DNA of 64,000 nt from Eledone cirrhosa (taxonomy: Eukaryota). Shown here in pieces: positions 12,471 through 64,000 of this stretch. Under the pieces are notes generated by a model. It ran no database searches and was not told the origin of the DNA. It saw only the letters and a list, made by a program, of their open reading frames with translations. A program made the position numbers and the translations under genes. The stretch is taken from contig CAXHJY010000154.1 of NCBI GenBank assembly GCA_964016885.1, forward strand, positions 112,034-176,033, given 5' to 3'. How positions within the stretch are numbered: position 1 is the stretch's first letter; each line of letters begins with the position of its first letter.

Positions 12471-13552
12471 GGTGATCAGGTGTAGGTAGGAACTCCATTC
12501 TCTGCCCCAAATGCAAACAATGGGTACACAAGAGATGTAGCGGGATCTCAGGAAGCTTAATTAAGAATGTAGGCTTCACATGCAGCAGCTGTGCTGAGAC
12601 AGCAAGCAGCAAACAGCCACAAGAAACAAGTACCACCAATCTCTGGGAGGGCTCTGTAGAAACAGTAGACAGCTTCTGCTACCTAGGTGACCGAATTAGC
12701 AGTGGAGGTGGGTGTTCAGAAAGTACAATAACTAGGGTAAGAACGGGATGGAAGAAGTTTAGGGAACTACTACCACTGCTAGCTGCAAAAGGCTTCTCCC
12801 TCAGAATGAAAGGTAGACTGTATGATGCGTGTATCCGAACAGCAATCTTCCATGGTAGTTAGACCTGGGCGCTGAAAGTGGAAGACTTACGTAGATTAGA
12901 GAGAAACGAAGCCTGCATGCTCCGATGGATGTGTAACAGTAATATACGTGAACGACGAAACATAAATGAATTGAGAGAGAGACTGAGCATAAGAGGAATC
13001 AAATGCTGTGTGCAGGAGAGGCGGTTGCGCTGATATGGACATGTGATGTGTATGAAGGATGACAGCTGCATAAAAAGGTGCAGAGCACTTGAAGTTGATG
13101 GAAACCGCGAAGTGGGGAGACCCAAGATGACCTGGGATGAGGTGATAAAAGCCGACCTTACCCAATTACACCTCTCAAAGGCAATGACACACGACCGTGA
13201 CTTCTGGCGTCACGCAGTAATACAGAGTACCCGACATGGGTACAAGCTGAAGCATATAGACAATATGCCCCCCCCCCCCCCACCCACCGCAAGGTGGTCG
13301 TGGAGGAGCCACGGCAAAAAAGCACCCAGCCCACACTGTAAAGTGGACGTGTAGGCGCCACGAAAAAGCACCCAGCACTCACTGTAAATGAGGTTGGTGT
13401 TAGGAAGGGCATCCAGCTGTAGAAATCAAGCCAAATCAGTTCCTGTATGAGCAAGGCATGGTCAGCCGACCAGACACTGCCCACAACAGGACAACCCGTC
13501 TAACCCATGCTAGCGTGGAAGAACGGACGTAAAACGGTGATGATGATGATGA
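12471..13552 (+). mobile_element. 5'-truncated RTE LINE (subfamily A): PHD-finger region, ORF2 C-terminus, 3' UTR, (GAT)n tail
   Basis: GVGRNSILCPKCKQWVHKRC...DSFCYLGDRISSGGG...GRPKMTW; tail GGACGTAAAACGGTGATGATGATG. Confidence 0.9.
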
Positions 13553-16057
13553 TATATATAGTGGTAGAACACGAAGGTAATATCCGTAGTGGTAGAGCAC
13601 TCAGTCCATGGGGCGAGTTAGGTAGAAGTAGTTACACAACAGTAGGTATTGTCATGAGAAGCACTCATGTCTTCACTCATGTCCAGACTGAATCTTCCTG
13701 TGTGATGCTAACCTGTTTCGTGTCAAGCCAAAGAACATTGCAAAACTCACTCATTCTCACCAGTCATTAAAATATGACCATACTCTGCTGCACCACATGG
13801 ACCAAGAGAGAGAGACCCAGCCCACACTTCCGATGTTACTTCACTGGCCCCTCACTTCTGGCAAGACTTCCCTTGCACTTCTGACTCTCTTGCCCCACTA
13901 GTATAACAGCACCATAATATGCTCCTATATGCAGCATGTCTGGGTTGCATTGTGTCCATTAATTTCCAGCTTATAGTGGTTTTCCTGTAACACTTTAAAA
14001 CATAGCCAATGATTTAAAATTTTATGTGTTTTGCTATTTATTCATTACATTTTTTATGTATGTTCTGGTTATCAGTTCAACTTTGGTAATACTGTTGGAA
14101 ATTTCCTAATAGTTTATTCCATACTTTGCTCATATTCCTTCACCACCACTACTGCATCTCAAGTTTTCTCATACATTATTGTTAGCTAATAGCTACTCTG
14201 CTATCGGAGACAGCTTTCATCATACTTTGTTACTTTCCAAATGAAGTTTTTTTCTTGTGTTGACTATTAATATAGAGATTTTATAGAGTGAGTGTAATTT
14301 ATAGGTAACGAAATTTCCTTTGTGACTATTATATCATTAACATAAATTAGCTGATTAATCTTGGTGCTGGTGGTGGTAATGATGTTGATGTTGACATTTA
14401 TATCCTGAATGTTTTTCATAGCCATGTCACAATATACTCATGATGGCAAAATTTTGTTATTGAATTAAATTTTAGAAAGGTCTTTTGCCGCACCAATAAC
14501 AAGCTATTTTATGGTTTTATTACTTTTTCTTCATTTGAGTCCATTTTATGTTTTAGTCAATATTTATGTCTCCGTGTTTCTCTTTTTTGTTTTGTTTATA
14601 TTGGCAATAGGAATGCATTTTGTGAAATTTTTATCTCTTAATTTTCTATAACTTGTGTAGTTTTATGTTGGTGTCAAAAGGTTTTCATAGAAATGGACAG
14701 CTCTTCAATGTCTAGAATGTCTCTATGTAGGTGTGGCACCATTTCAAATATAAGAGCAATTTGTTGTGTTTTTGTTATTCTTGTTTTGTGTAACATGAAG
14801 ATAACTGGTTCTTCTTTACTTTCTCTTCTCCATTTCAACACCTGGGTGGGGGATGGGGGTTCTTCTCTTTCTCTCTTCCTTTATACTCTCTCTCTCTTTC
14901 TCCACTTCACCACTGCTGGTTTCTCTTCCGCTCAGTCTTTATACTTTCTCCTCCACTCACCAGCCCTCTTTTCCTCTCCCTATTTCTGCCTACATTACAT
15001 CCTATTGAGTTGTTATCACAATAAGTTCTGAAACATTAGAATGCTTCATTTGTAACTACTTGGCTTATTTCAACTGATGTTGACATTTAACCCTTTTAAT
15101 ATAAACCCCGCCTGAAATCTATCTTGGCTTTTATGATACAAAACTGTCCATTTTAAAACATTCATGTTTATATCAACATTTTCTAGCATAATTTTATTTA
15201 AGAAATTTTTGTTAAGTGATGTTCTAAACATCAACATACTAATGAAAAAGTGAGTTATTTTATTAAATTCCTCCAATTTTTGATTATTTTCATCATTAAT
15301 TAAAATATATAGGCAGTGTATTTCATTAGAAATACAAAAACAAAAGGGATTAAGAAATAGTTCATGTTGATGATGGAGCTCAATATGCCAGTTAATTCAT
15401 AGAATAGATGTAGTGATTGAGAGATCACTCTGCTACTGTTTGTTCTGGAAGTACTTGTATATTGCATACTTCACCATGAAGTATTTAGCTATGTGGAGCT
15501 TAACAATAAAGCCAAAATTGTGCGCATATGGAGACTTTTTAACAGTCTACATGCACATCAGAATACATTTATACATTTTTTTTTCTTCAGACAAATTTTG
15601 TTTTGGTTGTGTTTTCAGATTTTAGGGTATCATTGACAATAGATCTCATATGAAGAATATGAAAATATCGTCTGATTCACTAGATTCATTCTCTCTCTCT
15701 CGTGAGCAGATGAAGGAGTACTAACCCCAAATAAGTCTAACTCTTACTCTAATTCTAACTTTAACTCTAACACTACTTCTGATGACCTATAACTTCACCC
15801 CAACCTCTAACCCTAATCCAGCCAAATCTTATTTTAACCATAATCCTGACCCTAACTCTAACCCTAAACCAAACCAAACCTTAACATGTATATATGCCAT
15901 GAATTCAGGAAATCAGACTTGACATTTTTATTTTCTTTATTTGAGATTTATTGTCTATGATACCGAGATTTTAAATAATTTTGATGAAATAAATATTGAA
16001 AATTCAACTTCAAAACATTACAACATTATTATATATTTTATTTTTTTTATTTTACAG

Positions 16058-58502
<42,445 letters not shown>

Positions 58503-59254
58503 GTAAGAACATTTTTTATTATCTTTAATTTTCAAATTTTTGCATTTAGTAAAGTTAATATATTGTTGTTTTTTTTCAGTTTCTCAAGCAATATCAAAAT
58601 GTTACTTACATAATTCCGTTTTGTATTTATTCAATAAACAATTTATTTAAATGTTGAAATATTTTATAACTTTTGGTCACATTTTAATTATAACTTTTGG
58701 TCACATTTTAATTATTAGTTTTTCACTTGAATAATTTATTTTTAACATTTCTGTTCACATTTATAATTAACCCATTTGAAACAGTTCCATACATCCATAT
58801 ATTCACGATTTAATCATTTTTAATGGAATTCAAACTATGTGTGTCTGTGAGACCTGACATGAATAATCAACATCATCATCATTTTTACATCTGTTTTTCC
58901 ATGCTCACATATATTTTCTAAAGAACAACTACACCATAACTCACAACTTTCTCCCACCTAGCAGTTTTGGACTCCCTAAAAAGGGTCATAAGCACTATCT
59001 TTCCCTCCCCCTGACCAAATAGTAAAAAAAAAACCCAGAAAAAACCAGAGCTTATAAGATGCTTTTCAAAATTATTCTGAATGGAACTTTAACCCCTTTG
59101 TTATCATATTTTTAATTACAGGACACTGCATATGGTTTCCAAATAATTTTTTAAATAATCAAGAATTTGGAGCAATTTATTAATATAATCAACTTCTTTA
59201 TTATTAAGCTTGTGTTTGAAACATAACTTAACAAAGGTTCTTATATAAATTTTG

Positions 59255-59836
59255 GAATGCGGGCCACCAACAGATCTAATTGTGGAAAAACTGCATGCCT
59301 GGACAATATGTAAAGAAAATAAACCGAATACTCTGATGGCTGGATAATCTTTAAGATTTTCCTCGATGAAGCAGGAAAAATGCAGGTTTTCACCTAATGC
59401 GGGCCCTAGGGGATCAAGAAAATGAATTTTTTTTATGTGCATAATATGTCTTGAAATTTTGGGAAAATCGGCTAGATGAAACGCCTCCAAAAGAGCCCTA
59501 AAAAGCTGAAAAAAAATGAAGTTTTTCACCTAATGCGGGCCCTAGGCCATAAAAAAGTTAGATTTTCTTTGCTCACGGTATGAACTGACTAATACATAGA
59601 CTGATTTCCTTGAAATTGTAACTGACGTAACGCCTAAAAAAAAAACCTAAAAAGCTGAAAAAAACGCAGTTTTTCACCTAATGCGGGTCCTAGGGGATCA
59701 AAAAGTTGAATTTTTTGAAACATAAGTAATACACATGTAAAGTTTGAAAAAAATTGCTTGGGTACTTCTTGAGTTTTAGGAATTCAAACTCAGATACACA
59801 CACACAGACAGACATCCTCAGTTTTATATATATAGA
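59255..59836 (-). mobile_element. Helitron-like non-autonomous element with internal subrepeats
   Basis: Minus-strand TCTATATATATAAAACTGAGGATGTCTGTCTGTGTGTG 5' end; three TTTTCACCTAATGCGGG(C/T)CCTAGG subrepeats. Confidence 0.7.
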
Positions 59837-60231
59837 CTAGCAGAAAACCACCCGGTGGGTGGTTTTCTGCTAGTCGATATATATTTAACACAAACACAGA
59901 CACACATACATATATATATATACACCCATGTTCATATTTTGAGATGCATTATTCTCAAATCAGATTATTATCTCTGACAGGAAGAACCAGTTTATAATTT
60001 TTAAGAAAAATTAAGCATACAGACATATTTTAGGAAACTTATGAATTCCTGTACACACACACACAAACACTTACACAGATACACACAGACACACGCACAG
60101 GCAGACACACACGCATACAGACACATACGCTAACACACACATACACACGCACATACACACTTAAACCTATATATATGTATATATATAGAGAGACACACAT
60201 AATATACATATATAATATATATATATAATAT

Positions 60232-60542
60232 GGAGGCACATGGCTTAGTGGTTAGAGCATTGGCCTTGCAATCGAAAGGTTATGAGTTCAATTCTCAGAC
60301 CGGGTGATGTGTTGTTTTCTTGAGCAAGACACTTTATTTCACATTGCTCGAGTTCACTCATTCGAGTTCCCTATCATTCCACTGCAAAGTGGATGTATAG
60401 GCGCCACAGCAAAAAAGCACCCAGCACTCACTGTAAATGAGGTTGGTGTTAGGAAGGGCATCCAGCTGTAGAAATCAAGCCAGAATCAGTTCCCGTCTCA
60501 CCCTTGCAAGCAGGGAAAAGCGGACGTAAAATGAAATGATGA
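60232..60542 (+). mobile_element. tRNA/CORE-type SINE with RTE tail
   Basis: GGAGGCACATGGCTTAGTGGTTAGAGC head, CORE-like domain, RTE-like tail. Confidence 0.85.
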
Positions 60543-60562
60543 ATATATATATAGATATATAT

Positions 60563-60600
<38 letters not shown>

Positions 60601-60789
60601 ACACACACCCATATATAAAACACACACGCACACACATATAACACACACACACATATATAACACACACACGCACACAATACACACACACATATAATACACA
60701 CACACACACACACACATATATAACACACACACACACGCATACACACATATATAACACACACACATATACACACACATATATATATTATA

Positions 60790-61249
60790 TGCTCAGCCCC
60801 AGTGAGTTGGTTAAAACACCAAAAGCCAGTCTTAAAGTTGTCGTCTGTAAATTCAAAGAACTCGGCTGTGTCTGGCTAGATCTCCATGGTAACTACTCCA
60901 AGGTCGCGCGTGCCATGGCTGGGAACGCAGGTGTCACGTGCTGGCCTAGAACGCTGGTTGTTGGAATCAGTGGTCGACGACAGGGAGTGAGAGGGGAGAG
61001 AAAGAAAGGCAGAGGTGAAGTGATGAAGTGACTCTCTCTTCCTCCTTCTCCTCCATCTCCCCATTCGGCACAGCGATAGAGGGGAGGAATGTTAGTGTGT
61101 TACAAAGAGAAAGAGTGAGAGTGAGAGAAACAGACAGACTAAAAGAGAGGGATAGCTGGAGAGAGAGAGAGATAGCAACCACGCGCGCACGTGTTTCCAC
61201 TGTCGGACAGACAGACAGACAGAAATTGCTGGTTATATATATAAGTAGA
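60790..61249 (-). mobile_element. Helitron-like 5' fragment
   Basis: Minus-strand A|TCTACTTATATATATAACCAGCAATTTCTGTCTGTCTGTCTGTC, resembling the 5' end at 22596. Confidence 0.55.
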
Positions 61250-64000
61250 TGACAGGAGGTTTTTAGATAAATATGAATAATTTTGACAGTATTTTGGAAG
61301 GATCTGATAATATAACTAACTTTCTCATTATTAAACTGGTGTTTGGAACATAACTTAACAAAGGTTCTTACACAGAATTATGTTGGAAGGGTTTATATAT
61401 ATAAATGCTTTAAAATAAACAGTTTTGTATCATGGAACCAGTGGCAGTTTCGGATGGTTTCGTATCAAAAGGGTTAAAGGATATTCGCACTATACATGCT
61501 TCAATTCAAATTGACTTTGTTTTTTTTTTATCTTTAGAACCAAAAAATATCTGTGCAGCACATTTTAGCTCCTGTATCACTTGAAACTGCATTAACAAAA
61601 CATTCTTTAAAAGTACAAAACAACATCACATTAAAAATTATAGCCTTTACTTTACTATTACAAGTTTTCAAAATGTTTTGTTTAGATACTATAAACATTT
61701 TAATTAACAAACTCATTTTTAGGGAATTTTTTGCTCAATCATTCCAGGATGTTAAGGGTTAAGCACTTTTCTCATATATAAGATGACACACCTGTTTTGA
61801 TTACTAGCATCTTAGATTACATTCAAAAAGTCATCTTGCGAACATTTTGGCTAAGCTTCCATTAAGGAAGATTGCTCTCTTCCTCACACCAGTCTCAGAG
61901 TTCCTGAAAACAGAATCATGGATGCTGCCCTTCCTTCTATGACTAAATCATTAATAAACGTTTCTACTGGTTCTGTATCTGGCTATTACCATTATTAGGA
62001 AAGTCACATGGCTTAGTGATTAGGGCATTTAGTTCATGATTGTGAGGTTGTGAGTTTGATTCCTGGCAGTGCATTGTGTCCTTGAGCAAGACACTATATT
62101 TCATGTTGCTCCAGTTTGTTCAGCTGGCAAAACTGAGTGCTATCTGAAATTGTTAGAATGTCTTATGCTGAATCTCCTTGAGAACTATGTTAAGAGTACA
62201 AGTTTATTGAATGTTCAGCATAATTTCATGAGTAGGCTGTTGTGTTGATCAAACAACTGGAACACTCATTACAACTGATGGAGGGTACAATATTGGCCGA
62301 GGTTGACTTTGCCTTTCATCCTTACGGGGTCGATAAAATAAAGTACCAGTAATGAACTGCGGTATTGCTGGCCTTGTGCCTAAAGTAGAAACAAATATTG
62401 GTCAATAATGATGATGGAAAGATTTGAAGTAGTAAATGAAGTCTATTGTTTCTATTAAGTTAAAATTGCTTGTAACTGTATTTCTAATGAAATACACTCT
62501 ATTTCAGTTATTTCATGGAGAATTTTGAGGGATTTACTAAAATTATTAATTATTTCATTTCTAAGATAGCAATTTAATATATGGTTCTTATATAAAATTA
62601 TGTTGGGAGATTTTAATTTAAAGAGAAACCTTTTGAAATGGTTGGTATTTTTTCATAGAACCAGAACCAGATTTTGCCAGGCTGGTATCAAAAGGTTAAA
62701 GGCTAATTGTTTACACAGATTCAGAGTTTTCTTTTGATTTGTTTTGATAAACTTTTGCTTACAGAATATCTTGTTATCCCGACCCATTGTGATGCGTTCT
62801 CTCTCTGTTTTTTTACTACTGGTATTATAATGAACTCTGGTTTCTAGAACCTTCTGGTTGAATGTCTTTTCTACTAAATCCTCCCAATTTCACTTAACCT
62901 TTCTGCTTCTCACTACCTGATTTGTATTTTCTCATAAACCTCCCTCACCCAAACATATATGTAGTCCCTTCTTTTCCATATATTGTGTTCTCACAATACG
63001 TTAACCTTCAATTCTTTAATGTCTCATGTTAATAGCACCATTTCCATCATCATCTCTCTCCCGCTCTATTCTATGGCTATTGGGGGAAAAAACTTTCTTC
63101 GCAAACACAGTGATATAAGCACAAACAAATATTCTTTTTACTTTTACCATTTCAAAATGTTTTTCTCTTATAACCTTTTCTTATTAAAAGAAATAAGTTT
63201 TAACTAATTAAAAATCTAATGAATTTATTGTTTATCCTATCTCATCCTTATAATAATGTTTTTAAATCTACATACAGGTTTAAATTATTGCCAAAATGAT
63301 TGCTATCTAAGTCTGTTGATGTTTCTCTATTAGTAAAGGCTCCAAAGCTAAATATTCCACTTAAGTGTTCTCTTTAGGATCTTCATCAGTCAGAAAACCA
63401 ACATATAAAAAAAAATGAAACTGAAAAATCCTCATCTGAATCATTAAAATAATGGTTCTAACAAGCGGTTTGTAGGCATCAATCCTCCTCTGTCTCCTTG
63501 ATTTCTTAAATTTCCTATCATGCACCATGTCTTCAAACAATGCATGTTTATATATTTCTAATAAAATAATTTAAGTTTTATATCTATATATATTTATAAG
63601 ATTCATAGATTATATTTTAAAATTTATAATTTGACCATATATTTGACTAAAAATAAATTGACTTGCTTTTCTATTCTAAATAATTAAAATTAAATGTAAT
63701 ATTGTGTAATGCTTGGAAACTGTCAAAAATTGCTTATCATTTAAAAGTGTATGCTATATTCAAGAGGTTTTACATTGGAGTTCACCTTAATATTCCAGTC
63801 ATGAACTGGAATATACTCTTGCATGTAGACATCATTCTGCCATACTCATCATACTCACAACAGAATACCCACAACAAAATTATTAAAGAAGACCATTTAC
63901 TTGTCAAGCTTATTTGCATAAAGATGACATTTAAATTTAAATTTGTATTGATATGTAATTTAAGTAAATTACTATATAGCTTTTATGTAATAATATTACC

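Noticed and set aside
1-16057. First coding exon (MKKQF...-like) and promoter of the RhoGAP gene
   Set aside because: No matching exon or promoter-like region was recognised by eye; it probably lies upstream of the window.
60232-60305. tRNA genes at A/B-box-containing sequences
   Set aside because: They continue into CORE-like or Meta-like domains and LINE-type tails and do not form clean cloverleafs; they are SINE heads.
62765-62846. Possible next RhoGAP exon after ttgcttacag (EYLVIPTHCDAF...)
   Set aside because: Phase fits, but there is no recognisable homology or convincing donor and an in-frame stop follows.

Overview
AT-rich, repeat-dense eukaryotic genomic DNA. The tRNA-derived CORE-type and Meta/MESC-type SINEs, RTE LINEs with (GAT)n tails and heavy microsatellite load suggest a mollusc, most likely an octopod cephalopod (inference). 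The window holds 14 internal + strand exons (16058-58502, all GT-AG, phases consistent, about 425 codons) of a BAR + RhoGAP gene of the ARHGAP17/ARHGAP44/SH3BP1 (RICH/Nadrin) family; the first exon and the C-terminal exons were not found. The rest is intronic and carries RTE LINE fragments, SINEs, piggyBac-like MITEs, Helitron-like elements, a Tc1/mariner relic, a decayed Naiad-type Penelope-like element and two minisatellites. The most notable hidden signal is a set of minimal type I hammerhead ribozyme (HHR) motifs. One is a tandem, core-intact pair on the minus strand (4183-4225 and 4612-4654) in a TSD-flanked 1.75-mer that defines a 429-nt retrozyme-like unit. Others are a solo HHR module in (TA)n and three foldback structures whose arms carry HHR-like motifs on opposite strands. 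All motifs were read by eye; no folding or database search was run.
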